Below the pieces are notes generated by a model, which worked only from the letters and a program-made list of their open reading frames with translations, was not told the origin of the DNA and ran no database searches. The position numbers and the translations under genes are program-made. A DNA stretch of 64,000 nt from an uncultured Candidatus Saccharibacteria bacterium (GTDB lineage: Bacteria > Patescibacteriota > Minisyncoccia > Phycocordibacterales > UBA2100): positions 20,992 to 84,991 of the forward strand of contig CAYSUJ010000003.1 of NCBI GenBank assembly GCA_964434285.1, written 5' to 3'. Positions 1-9,291 of this stretch are shown one piece after another (within the stretch, counting starts at the first letter, position 1; every line of letters begins with the position of its first letter).

Positions 1-223
1 GCGCCCCCACCCCAATGAAGACAAGGTCGGGGATACGGAATGCAGCATAGTACAGGTCGAGTTCGGGTCCCGCACCAAAAAGGTGCGCAAGAACGCGATC
101 ACGTACAAGAGCAAGAAGAGATGATGCGAGCGAAGAAAGTGCAAGAATATAGGCTGCAGCCTGCAACCCACGAACCTCAGTTGAAAGGTACGAAAGAGCA
201 CGCTCAGCGCCACTGTATGTCAT
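1..223 (-). CDS. murJ: Lipid II flippase MurJ/MviN, N-terminal part (runs off window start)
   Basis: Not in the ORF track. Manual translation from ATG at 223 gives MTYSGAERALSYLSTEVRGLQAAAYILALSSLASSLLALVRDRVLAHLFGAGPELDLYYAAFRIPDLVF; RD..LA..FGAG...D.Y.AAFRIPDL is the MurJ N-terminal motif. Confidence 0.9.
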   Translation of the reverse strand, partial: MTYSGAERALSYLSTEVRGLQAAAYILALSSLASSLLALVRDRVLAHLFGAGPELDLYYAAFRIPDLVFIGVGA

Positions 224-271
224 CTCGAGCATTCGCCCGTTTCGAAAAAAACGTAACATACGCGCAGGATT

Positions 272-2647
272 CTACTGCGTTTCGTTAATACCATCAAACG
301 GATCTTTTCCCACCCTTACATTTTCAATGAGCCTAGAGAGCCACTGTTCCGATGGATTGAGCTGAGCAACGCGCTCGAAAGCCCGCGCCGCATCCTCGCT
401 CCGCCCAATCTGATTGTAGGAAAGTCCAAGGACAAACAGTGCATTCGCGTAATCCGGCGACAGTGAGACCGACTGCTCCAAAACACGAACTCCTTCTTGA
501 TATGCTCTTCCAGAATAGAGAATGTAACCTAAATTGAACCAACCTAGCGCGTCATTTGGAACAAGCCTCACCACCTCTGCAGCCGCTTCAACGGCGGGAT
601 CCCCGTTCCCAGACGCCGCTTCAACTTGTGAGAGAAGATAGTATGCAATTGCAAGGTCGGGCTTAAGTGCTATCGCCTCATGAAGATAGGTGCGAGCACT
701 GTCTGCTTCGTTGCGTGCAATTGCAATTTGAGCGAGTCGAACTTTCGGAATTGGATTTGTTGGCTGCGCCTCAAAGGCCCTCGCGTAAGCGTCACTCGCA
801 TTCTCATAGGCACCGTCAACGTTTGCACCGGCAAATTCGCCATATATTTGCGCGAGTGACAGCCAGTTTTGGTATGTATCACCCAGTCGCACCGCAGTGA
901 GACCATGCTCAATAGTGTGCTCTAGTGTTTCTTTGAGCGCGATACGAGCCGAGTCGTCATTAGCCCCACTTTGAATGAGCGTAGCAAGTTGGGCAACGCC
1001 AAGCTCTGCCGCCGCCCGGTGTGCACGATCATTTCTAGGCGAAATGACGAGCGCTTTCTCCATCATGCTTGTGGCGCCAGCGAGATCCCGTGAAGTGTTA
1101 AAAAAGTGCGCTGCGCGATTGACAAAAGTATTGGAGATAATCTCCCGGAGTGCCAAACCAGAAGAAAAAACGACCAAAAAACAAAGTAGGAGAGTTCCAA
1201 TTGCTGTCAACACGGACCGTACTGACTTGACCCCCACAGGAAGAGAGTGGGTCGGTCTATCGCCAACAGAGCAAACTGCTAAAAACGCAAGAAACAGGAA
1301 TGTCACCCCGCTCATCGCGACACTCGGTGTATATACCATATGATAAGCAACTAAATACGATGCAGCGACAAGCGTAATTCCGAATAGCGCATGCATGCGC
1401 ACGAGCGGCTGATTCTCACGCACTAAACGCAAGAAGTTAAATAGAATTAAAAAAATTATACTTGTCCACGCGAGTAACCCAATCGCGCCCACAGCAAATA
1501 TTGACGTCGGGATTACCCCGACACCAGAATTAAAGTCAGTATTCCAAAACGGCGTCAGATTCACTTCTTGCGGCTTGTGAAGACCCCATTCACGAATGAA
1601 TGAGTTTGGTCCGGCACCAAAGAGAAACTCTCGTGGAGCATCAATGGACTGACGTGCAACATCGAGCGTTCCCTGCCAGGAAGGACGAACTTCGATTTGA
1701 TCGATCTGTAACCATGATGGCAGTACGTTATTTACAGATGCATTATAAAAGCCGGCGACACAGAATAATACAGCGCCTATAAACCACGCAGAGGCTCTTC
1801 CAGAAGCAGCAAACCAAGAATCACTATGGATACTGCGCGAATATCTCAGAACGCTCAAACCACCCACAAGAAGGAGCACCGACGTGCCCCAAAATACGTC
1901 CCTGAAGTGGACGATTACGAGAATAAAAAGCGCTAGGACACTTAAAATAGCTAGAGCCCATCGACCCGCCCTTTGGCTTACAATTCCGACCCACAATGTA
2001 CCCGATAGAAAAAGACCTAGACCTGCAATGATGCCCAGGTCGCGCCACGAACCAAAAAGATTTGCCGTTTCTCCTTGAAGCACTCCGCCGAAAGAGAGCC
2101 ACGATGGAAAGATTGCATATGCGATTTGAAATGAAAAAAGTATAAATAGCCCTCCAGCGAACGCCAAGAGCGAGCGAACGATTACCACCCGATGATCGGT
2201 ACAAATCAGCGTTATGAGTAAGAAAATTGCATACCAAATTACTGTAGCAATCAATGTGTCTTGCTCAACACCACTCCCTACTATCGAGGAAACATTCCAC
2301 CCTGAGACACCGGCAGAAATGAAATATGCGAGTGGGAGAAGCCCCACTACCAGGATGAACGGAGTGCTTGGTATACGTATAACGCCCTCCGAAAAACGCG
2401 CGGTAGCCCAAAAAAAAGATGCGGAAATCAAAAATAAGCTTGCGAGAATAAGTTTACTCTGCGCCTGAGTCATCCACGGTACCGGAATTGTAAAAAAAGG
2501 CAGTAGGGCAGAAAAGCCGAGAAGAAGTAGACGTGATACGGTATCGCCCCAATGAGAAAAGCCTCCCACTTCACGGACAGGCGTCGCCTGCGATTGCGAA
2601 ACCGCACTTGGACGTACAGCCTCTTGTCCAGAAACATGCTCAACCAT
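272..2647 (-). CDS. Polytopic membrane protein (O-antigen ligase-like) with C-terminal TPR repeats
   Basis: About 12 hydrophobic segments, a FLFGAGPNSF loop typical of Wzy_C/O-antigen ligase-like proteins, and C-terminal TPR-like helices (A.AYYLL, GWFNLG, ALFVLG). Start probably at MVEHV (2647). Confidence 0.7.
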   Translation of the reverse strand: MVEHVSGQEAVRPSAVSQSQATPVREVGGFSHWGDTVSRLLLLGFSALLPFFTIPVPWMTQAQSKLILASLFLISASFFWATARFSEGVIRIPSTPFILVVGLLPLAYFISAGVSGWNVSSIVGSGVEQDTLIATVIWYAIFLLITLICTDHRVVIVRSLLAFAGGLFILFSFQIAYAIFPSWLSFGGVLQGETANLFGSWRDLGIIAGLGLFLSGTLWVGIVSQRAGRWALAILSVLALFILVIVHFRDVFWGTSVLLLVGGLSVLRYSRSIHSDSWFAASGRASAWFIGAVLFCVAGFYNASVNNVLPSWLQIDQIEVRPSWQGTLDVARQSIDAPREFLFGAGPNSFIREWGLHKPQEVNLTPFWNTDFNSGVGVIPTSIFAVGAIGLLAWTSIIFLILFNFLRLVRENQPLVRMHALFGITLVAASYLVAYHMVYTPSVAMSGVTFLFLAFLAVCSVGDRPTHSLPVGVKSVRSVLTAIGTLLLCFLVVFSSGLALREIISNTFVNRAAHFFNTSRDLAGATSMMEKALVISPRNDRAHRAAAELGVAQLATLIQSGANDDSARIALKETLEHTIEHGLTAVRLGDTYQNWLSLAQIYGEFAGANVDGAYENASDAYARAFEAQPTNPIPKVRLAQIAIARNEADSARTYLHEAIALKPDLAIAYYLLSQVEAASGNGDPAVEAAAEVVRLVPNDALGWFNLGYILYSGRAYQEGVRVLEQSVSLSPDYANALFVLGLSYNQIGRSEDAARAFERVAQLNPSEQWLSRLIENVRVGKDPFDGINETQ

Positions 2648-2899
2648 AGTGGTGATGTGCAGAGACCGATCTCCCATGATCCAATGATACCTTATTCTCC
2701 ACCAATATCATCGAAGGCGTGGGGATTCTCACTTCAGCATGCAGAATATGACGATGGAAATATTCCTATTTTTTTCTTATGCTCTACGCCATATCCGCTC
2801 ACTAATCTGGTTTGTTATTTTGGAAGAAGAAAAGCGGCGCTTTTCAGCTTCGCTCGGCGCTGCACTACACTAACCCTGTTCGTTCGATTGGCTTCCTCG

Positions 2900-2927
2900 G
2901 AAATGGGAGTGCAAGCACTCCCATTTC
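2900..2927 (-). terminator. Hairpin just downstream of rnpB
   Basis: gaaatgggagtgc-aa-gcactcccatttc perfect inverted repeat. Confidence 0.55.
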
Positions 2928-2935
2928 TCTCTGAA

Positions 2936-3357
2936 TCTGCACCGTAAGCCGGATTCTGTCGAGAGCAGCCATGTATCTGGGATGACCGTTACCGATCACC
3001 TCAAGCGGTTCCCCCTCGCGCGGAGCGCGAAAAATTTGCAATATACAATTTGATAAATAAGCTCCAAATGCCAATTTCGAAATTGAGATTTGAAATTTCT
3101 TTGCAAATTGATCTTTGGTACTTGCAAATTCTTTGTGCTCCGCACAAAGATACGACCTTGCACGCAGGTAGGAATTTTGCCGTTGCATCCATGCGTTTCC
3201 GCACAGTTCACCCCGAAGGGGTCGCAGGATCTCTCCTTTGACGTTTCTGTTCGCATCCCTTGGATTACCCAGGCGGGCGTTACCCACTACCGTTTGAACT
3301 GAATCACGCGTGTCCGGACTTTCCTCTAGTCTTTCGACCAGCGGCTGCCTAGTGCAG
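2936..3357 (-). ncRNA. rnpB: RNase P RNA (bacterial), with an AT-rich hairpin insertion
   Basis: The minus strand has the conserved GAGGAAAGTCCGG near the 5' end and ACAGAATCCGGCTTA near the 3' end; P1 pairing CTGCAC/GTGCAG closes the RNA. Confidence 0.95.
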
Positions 3358-3385
3358 GACTGCAGTATTGCATTTTTCCTAATCA

Positions 3386-3413
3386 TTGACAAGGGTATAA
3401 TTTATGATATTAT
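3386..3413 (+). promoter_or_regulatory. Sigma70-like promoter
   Basis: TTGACA-N16-TATTAT upstream of the GGAGG-led ORF at 3442. Confidence 0.5.
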
Positions 3414-3441
3414 ATTTATGTTCAACCGATGGAGGACACAG

Positions 3442-3672
3442 ATGAATGACGCCCATGCTCTTGTCGAGTGGTATTGGGATCCCGCTTGGAAATGCCCAAC
3501 CTGGGACGACCCTGGCGATTCCGATCTCCACTATGCGAAAATCGGCAACAACATCTTCCTCGCGGTATCAGGAGTGAACGGCATGGTCTTTCTATCTCGC
3601 TCGTCTCTTCCTGAAGGCGCATGTCCTCTCAGTTCCTCGTATCTGGAACGGGACACATATCGGATTCGTTGA
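3442..3672 (+). CDS. Hypothetical protein (76 aa)
   Basis: GGAGG SD before ATG 3442, upstream promoter, downstream terminator-like hairpin at 3754-3773. Confidence 0.55.
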   Translation: MNDAHALVEWYWDPAWKCPTWDDPGDSDLHYAKIGNNIFLAVSGVNGMVFLSRSSLPEGACPLSSSYLERDTYRIR

Positions 3673-3753
3673 TTCAATCCGATGTCGGTTATCTGGTCTT
3701 ACGTCGCCACGAACAATAGACGTACAGGGACGGTCGAAAGACGCGCAATCCCC

Positions 3754-3785
3754 GCCCAAGCAAGTGCTTGGGCATTTCTATTTTT
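3754..3785 (+). terminator. Rho-independent terminator
   Basis: gcccaagca-ag-tgcttgggc followed by a T-rich tract. Confidence 0.55.
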
Positions 3786-4068
3786 CCTCCCCCGAATCCC
3801 CACCTACAACCTTCGCCTGGATCGGACTCACCATTGGCTCATTGGGAAGCCGACCATCAATCACGATATTATTCTTCTTTTCAATCTCCTCCACTTGCGC
3901 TGCAAGCCCGCGCGAGAGTTTCTTCGTGAGATCAAGTGGAAGCGTGAACGCATGTTTCTTTTCACCTGAGGTAAACACAATCTGCAAAAGTCCGTTCACA
4001 ATGCGGGCATGAAATCCCTCAATGAATATCTTATCTCCCCCTTTCGCAAAGTCGTACTGCTGTTCCAT
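3778..4068 (-). CDS. Hypothetical protein (96 aa)
   Basis: ORF from MEQQYDF with globular composition; start re-assigned downstream of the palindrome block. Confidence 0.55.
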   Translation of the reverse strand: MEQQYDFAKGGDKIFIEGFHARIVNGLLQIVFTSGEKKHAFTLPLDLTKKLSRGLAAQVEEIEKKNNIVIDGRLPNEPMVSPIQAKVVGGDSGEEK

Positions 4069-4104
4069 GTAGGGCCATTTTACTCTTCGCCCACAGGATC
4101 GCCA

Positions 4105-4264
4105 ACTGGCCAAAACGGCGCCGTTTTGGCCAGTCAAGCCTCAGCGAGCTGGCAGCGGGGAGGAAAATGCTTCACGAGGGACCCCGCAGCTGGCGAGGAT
4201 GAGCCTGTTTTTCCGGCAGGAAAAACAGGTCTGCCCGAGAGAAGCATTTTCCTCCCCGCTGCCA
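4105..4264. repeat. Nested palindrome / MITE-like element
   Basis: 30-bp perfect palindrome at 4105-4134; 24-bp perfect inverted repeat 4150-4173/4241-4264 enclosing a second hairpin at 4204-4229. Confidence 0.85.
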
Positions 4265-4275
4265 CGAGCGCCCCT

Positions 4276-5253
4276 CTAATGTTTGCCCGAATCCACTTCG
4301 TAATTCGTATTCTGCGCCTCGAAAAAGTTTACGAGCTCGAAGACGTCGGTTGAGGTTGTCATCCACTTCGCTGGATTCGTAACATTGTAATGCTTGGGAA
4401 GACCAAGCTCCTCCAAGCGGCGATCAGCGACGTATTGCACGTACTGATTCACATAATCAGCGTTGAGCCCAAGGATGCCGCGTGGAAAGAGGTCTTTGTT
4501 GTACGCATTCTCAAGGTTCACACCTTCAACGATGATGCCCGCGATTTCCTGTGCGAAGTCCGCGCTCACAAGCTCCGCATTTTCCTCAAGAATGTTGTGA
4601 ATGAGGTTGATGCCGAATTTGAGGTGGAGCGATTCATCGCGGAGCACCCAGTTGATCATGGAGCCCACATTGCGAAGCTGATTGCGCTGACGGAAGCTTA
4701 AGACGACCATGAACCCCGAGTAGAACCAAATGCCTTCCATTACGATGTTGTATGCGATGAGGTTGCGAATGAAGTCTTTTTTCCCTTCTGGCGTCTCTAC
4801 GTCAATCTCCTGCTCGGTCATCCGCTTTAAGTATTTGTTGATGTAATCCTCCTTTGCCTTCATTGAAGGAGTCTCTAAGTGGCGCTTGAATGCCTTGTCG
4901 CGATCAATCGGGAAAGTCTCAAGCAAATACTCGAACGCCACGCAGTGGTTTGCCTCTTCCCACATCTGCTTTGCGAGGTACAAGTGACACTCCGGCGATT
5001 TGAGGTAGCGATACACGCCAAGCGCCAAGACGCGGTTCACAATAAGCTCTGCCGGATTAAAGAAGGACATCAGAAATTCCACCGCGTGCCTTTCGTCATC
5101 CGTCATTTTTGACCAGTCGTCGAGATCTTCCTTCAAGGCTATTTCATGAGGAAACCACGTGTTTCGAACTGCTTGGTTATAGAGGTCATACGCCCACTGA
5201 TAGCGAATAGGGTGGATGTTGACATCATCTGGCGAAAATTTTCCGATTAACAT
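4276..5253 (-). CDS. nrdB: Ribonucleotide reductase beta subunit, class Ic (R2c)-like
   Basis: Ferritin-like ligands EEANH, MEGIWFYSGF and RDESLH, C-terminal NFFE...NY. Glu at the first ligand position and Phe at the radical-Tyr position. Confidence 0.92.
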   Translation of the reverse strand: MLIGKFSPDDVNIHPIRYQWAYDLYNQAVRNTWFPHEIALKEDLDDWSKMTDDERHAVEFLMSFFNPAELIVNRVLALGVYRYLKSPECHLYLAKQMWEEANHCVAFEYLLETFPIDRDKAFKRHLETPSMKAKEDYINKYLKRMTEQEIDVETPEGKKDFIRNLIAYNIVMEGIWFYSGFMVVLSFRQRNQLRNVGSMINWVLRDESLHLKFGINLIHNILEENAELVSADFAQEIAGIIVEGVNLENAYNKDLFPRGILGLNADYVNQYVQYVADRRLEELGLPKHYNVTNPAKWMTTSTDVFELVNFFEAQNTNYEVDSGKH

Positions 5254-5288
5254 ACTACATTCTTTAGACTTATAACGTGATACTACTT

Positions 5289-8051
5289 TTATTGACACGA
5301 ATCACACTGAGCACGCTCGGCAGGGTCCACGGGGCACACAAACGGCTTGTTTGCCTGCACAGTGGGAGCGGCTGAAGCTTGCACTGGCGCAGCTGTTTCC
5401 GCAACTGTCGCGAATCCCATGCGAGGAGAATCGGCATTGACGGGAGACGCATGTGCCGTTACCGGAAGCGCCTGTTGCGCGATCGGCGTCATAGGAAGCG
5501 CCCCCTGGTCAGCAACAGCAGCAAAACCCTGTCTTCCAGTCGGCATAGTACGAGAAGCAGCAGGCTCCACAGGCGCCACTTCAGCGCGGACAGGCGCCAT
5601 TTCTGGAGCCTGCACAGGACTCATCGTAATCGGTGAAGCGACCGGCTCCTCTTTCGTAAACACGGGTTGCGCAACAACATTTGCAAACCCACGCTTTCCG
5701 GTTATTGCCATCTTGTTCACCGAAGTGGTTGACTGCTCTGCGGTGTGTCGCGGCTTCATGTGGAGGTAGTAGGTTGTCTTCAGACCCTGTTTCCACGCGG
5801 TCATATAGACGTTCTTCATCTCATCCATATCGCGATTCTCCAGATAAATATTGCGTGAGAGTGCTTGATCCACCCACTTCTGAGCACGTGCAGCAACCTC
5901 GATGAATGCGTAGGGCGACGTACTGAAAGAGGTCTTGTAGATCTGTTTCAGGTACGACGGTATTTCGGGGATGCCTGAAATGTCGCCCTGATGCTCGACG
6001 ATTTTTTCCTTTACCGAATCCCATAACCCCATGTTCTTGAGGTCTTTCACGAGATTGTGGTTGATGTCCATGTATTTACCGGAAATCTTGTTGCGAGAGA
6101 ATACCTGCGCAAAGCGCGGATCGATGCCGGGTGTTGTTCCCGCCACCAAACCAATGTTGGCATTCGGCGCGACAGCCATGAGTGTTGCATTGCGAATACC
6201 TCCCTTCACCTTCTCGCGAAGTGCATTCCAGTTGAGTTGCTTATTTTTACTCTCTCGTGTCATCCCGGTGGAGATACCGCGATCTTCTTCGAGCGCAGTG
6301 ATGGAGTCGATCGGCACCATGCCTTTCGACCATCGCGAACCTTCAAAGTGCTTGTAAACACCTCGCTCACGCGCAAGATTCGCGCTCTCGTCTATTGCCA
6401 TGTAGCTCACGAACTCGAACACGCGATCTGCGAAGTCAGCTGCATGACCGCTTTCATACGGCATACCAAGCTGCTCGAGAGCGTCCGCAAAACCCATCAC
6501 GCCGAGGCCAACAGCACGGTTCTCTTGATCACCTTTTACCGCCTCCGGGATTGGAAGCGTGTTGATATCGATGAGGTTATCGAGCTGACGGACGGCAAGC
6601 CGAACGCTCTCCTCAAGCTTATGCCAGTTGAGCTGACGGCCTTCAATATGACCCGCGAGGTTGAGTGACGCGAGATTGCACACCGCAACACTGTCTTTGC
6701 TCTGCGGGAGACAAATTTCCGTGCAGAGGTTCGACATATGAATCGTACCGGTATTGTTGTTGAGGGCACGAAGATTGATCGGATCCTTCCAGGTGAGCCA
6801 CGGGTGTGAGGTGGATTGGAGCGAGGTGAGAATGAGATGCCACTGCTCGGTTGCCGGCACCTTCTTCCACATGCGAAGTTCGCCACGCTTTGCCATTTCA
6901 ATGTATTCCGCATAGCGCTTCGCAAACTCTTTGCCGTACAACTCGTTCAAATCCGGCGTTTCTTTCGGGTCGAACATGTACCAATCCTCGCCTGCCTCAA
7001 CACGACGCATGAATTCATCGGAGAGATATACGGCTGTGTTTGCGGTGCGCATGCGCAAGTAGTCATCGCCTGCATTGTGTTTCCAGTCAATGTATTCCGG
7101 AAAATCGTAGTGCCAGTTCTCCATGTAGAAGCAGAGAGCACCCTTTTTCTTACCGCCACGCTGCACGGCGCGAATCGCAGTATCCATAATCTTCGCAAAT
7201 GGCGTCGGACCTGAAGAAACGGTGTTTGATGACTTCAAGGGCGATCCGGCAGCACGCAATTTGGTCACGGAAACGCCGATGCCGCCGGAAGCTTTCGAGA
7301 GCTTAAGGACGTCGGCCACTGATTTCGCGATATGGTCCATATCATCGTGCACTTCGAGAAGAAAGCAGTTTGAGAGTGCAGGACGAGGCGTACCCGCAGC
7401 GAGGTTGGTGGAGCCGCCCGCAACATAGAGATGCTGCGACATGCGGTCGTAGAATTTGAGCGCCATTTCGGTCGGATTCGCCTCGTTATAGGCAAGACCC
7501 ATCGCAATGCGCATGAAAAAGTACTGTGGTGTTTCAGCTGCTTTCTGCTTTGTGTTCTTGAGAGCGTAACGATCAAGGAGCGAGGAGAGGCCGGCGTAGG
7601 TGAAGATCTCGTCGCGTTCAATCTTCAGCGATGCCGCGAGTGTGTTCAGATCATACTTTTCGGCCATGCGAGCATCAAGGAGGCCGCTTGCAATACCCTC
7701 GCGCACATACTCGGGGAAACGTGCACGATACTGCGCCTCAAGCTCATTCGGGCTGTCATGGTATTCGCCAATGACGCGACGATATACGGTTTTCAAGAGC
7801 AATCGGACTGCGACTTTATCGTATTCGATGTCCTCTTTGATGTTTTGTACTGCGGCGTTGATCGTTGCGATATCCATCTCTTCCGTCGTGATGCCATCGT
7901 AAAGTGTGAGCTCGGTCTCACTTGCAATCTGCGTCACCATTGAGATGGGATCCGTAAGCCCTCGGCACGCACGCTCGATCGAGCGATTGATCTTATCCGC
8001 ATTAAACTGCTCCCTCGACCCGTCGTGTTTGGTAATGGTCAGGTTCACCAT
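5289..8051 (-). CDS. nrdA: Ribonucleotide reductase alpha subunit with ATP-cone
   Basis: N-terminal ATP-cone (ITKHDGSREQFNADKI), SNCFL, SNLCTEI, CNLASLNL, KTTYYL, C-terminal CDSCQ. Confidence 0.97.
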   Translation of the reverse strand: MVNLTITKHDGSREQFNADKINRSIERACRGLTDPISMVTQIASETELTLYDGITTEEMDIATINAAVQNIKEDIEYDKVAVRLLLKTVYRRVIGEYHDSPNELEAQYRARFPEYVREGIASGLLDARMAEKYDLNTLAASLKIERDEIFTYAGLSSLLDRYALKNTKQKAAETPQYFFMRIAMGLAYNEANPTEMALKFYDRMSQHLYVAGGSTNLAAGTPRPALSNCFLLEVHDDMDHIAKSVADVLKLSKASGGIGVSVTKLRAAGSPLKSSNTVSSGPTPFAKIMDTAIRAVQRGGKKKGALCFYMENWHYDFPEYIDWKHNAGDDYLRMRTANTAVYLSDEFMRRVEAGEDWYMFDPKETPDLNELYGKEFAKRYAEYIEMAKRGELRMWKKVPATEQWHLILTSLQSTSHPWLTWKDPINLRALNNNTGTIHMSNLCTEICLPQSKDSVAVCNLASLNLAGHIEGRQLNWHKLEESVRLAVRQLDNLIDINTLPIPEAVKGDQENRAVGLGVMGFADALEQLGMPYESGHAADFADRVFEFVSYMAIDESANLARERGVYKHFEGSRWSKGMVPIDSITALEEDRGISTGMTRESKNKQLNWNALREKVKGGIRNATLMAVAPNANIGLVAGTTPGIDPRFAQVFSRNKISGKYMDINHNLVKDLKNMGLWDSVKEKIVEHQGDISGIPEIPSYLKQIYKTSFSTSPYAFIEVAARAQKWVDQALSRNIYLENRDMDEMKNVYMTAWKQGLKTTYYLHMKPRHTAEQSTTSVNKMAITGKRGFANVVAQPVFTKEEPVASPITMSPVQAPEMAPVRAEVAPVEPAASRTMPTGRQGFAAVADQGALPMTPIAQQALPVTAHASPVNADSPRMGFATVAETAAPVQASAAPTVQANKPFVCPVDPAERAQCDSCQ

Positions 8052-8231
8052 AATTTTTCTTATGAAAGTTAATAAGTTCCCCGATTACTAACCGCTACCA
8101 CTCTCCTCTTTACGGCGTACGTGAGGGGGCAGAAAACACGCCTGTCGCGCTAAAAGCGACAAGTTTTCTACATACCGGGCGTACGCACGCTCAGTTGACT
8201 CAAAATACCACAGACGTTCTTTCTCACGATT

Positions 8232-8251
8232 TTTTCCACAGCTGTGGATAA
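8232..8251. promoter_or_regulatory. Pair of inverted DnaA boxes upstream of nrdAB
   Basis: TTTTCCACA (1 mismatch) at 8232-8240 and TGTGGATAA (reverse complement of TTATCCACA, perfect) at 8243-8251. Confidence 0.6.
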
Positions 8252-8265
8252 CCCAATTCGTGGCT

Positions 8266-8727
8266 TTATTGAGGGAAATTTTCGGGCAGAGTTGCGTAAT
8301 CGCCAATTTTAATGCCGTGTGTTGTTGCGAATCCTGCAGGAACTTCAAGGACATACTGCGCAGGGACGTTCGAGGTAAAGGAGGTCGGATATGTGTCCGG
8401 ACTCACCCCTTTTTCGATGTGCACGACTTCTCCTCGCGCAGAAATCCACAGTATATCGATGGAGAAAAGCATGTCCTTCATCCAGAACGCGTACATGCCC
8501 TCCTCGGGAAAAACAAAAAGCATCCCCTCGTCACTCTTGAGCGAAGGGGTGCCACTCAATCCCTGTGCACGCGCTACAGGTGTCGCCATAATCATGACAC
8601 GAATTGTGCGTCCACCAATACCGACGACGCCGGAAAGGTCACTGGATGACCCTTCCGGCGCAAGACCCCATAGCGTAAGCGCTACAAGCGCAATACAACC
8701 ACCAACAATGCCGACACTCTTCATCAT
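8266..8727 (-). CDS. DUF192 family protein
   Basis: RAQGLSG...EGMLFVF...FWMKDMLFSIDILW...YVLEVPAG motifs, N-terminal TM segment. Confidence 0.9.
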   Translation of the reverse strand: MMKSVGIVGGCIALVALTLWGLAPEGSSSDLSGVVGIGGRTIRVMIMATPVARAQGLSGTPSLKSDEGMLFVFPEEGMYAFWMKDMLFSIDILWISARGEVVHIEKGVSPDTYPTSFTSNVPAQYVLEVPAGFATTHGIKIGDYATLPENFPQ

Positions 8728-9137
8728 TACGAGAAGAGTACCAGAATTAAAGCCATGACGATAAACGAAACGAGCCAGTAGCCCGCGGTGATGAAGTAAT
8801 ATTTCAGCGGCTTCATCTCCCACAAAACCGAGCCAAGGAGAACGGGCGCCGTAAAGCCCACCCACGACCAAATACCGAGCTCTATTGCTCCAATCCAGTC
8901 ATAGACGCCCCACGCGATGCCGAAATGATTCATAACCCAGGCAATAACGATCGCCGCAAGAAAACCAATAAATGCCATCGTGGGCATCTTTTTCTTCCCC
9001 TCTTCCATCTTGCTCATATCGAGCCCCGCAGCTTTGGCCCATGAATCCCCGAATACTTTCGGGTTAAACCACGTCATGCCAAGAATGAGATTCGCTACCG
9101 CGGCGAGAAGTATGGGAACAAGTGTAACTTCAAACAT
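8727..9137 (-). CDS. DUF1761 family membrane protein
   Basis: LG..WF.PKVFG..W motif, 4 TM segments, ITAGYWLV ending. Confidence 0.85.
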   Translation of the reverse strand: MFEVTLVPILLAAVANLILGMTWFNPKVFGDSWAKAAGLDMSKMEEGKKKMPTMAFIGFLAAIVIAWVMNHFGIAWGVYDWIGAIELGIWSWVGFTAPVLLGSVLWEMKPLKYYFITAGYWLVSFIVMALILVLFS

Positions 9138-9252
9138 AGTAAAAAAGCTAGGTGTATAAAATTCCCCGTCTTTCTATGGTACCGAGCCCTCGCCCCTGCG
9201 CCAGAGGGGGCTGTGTGCAACTTCGCTGGAAGGATGGCGATTTGTCATCTCA

Positions 9253-9284
9253 GGCCGCCCTCGGCCTCGCGGCCGAGGGCGGCC
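9253..9284. repeat. GC-rich 14-bp stem hairpin after DUF305 gene
   Basis: ggccgccctcggcc-tcgc-ggccgagggcggcc; no U-tract. Confidence 0.7.
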
Positions 9285-9291
9285 CAGCCTT

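Noticed and set aside
2865-3392. 175-aa ORF and other ORFs over 2865-3392
   Set aside because: They overlap the RNase P RNA and are shadow ORFs.
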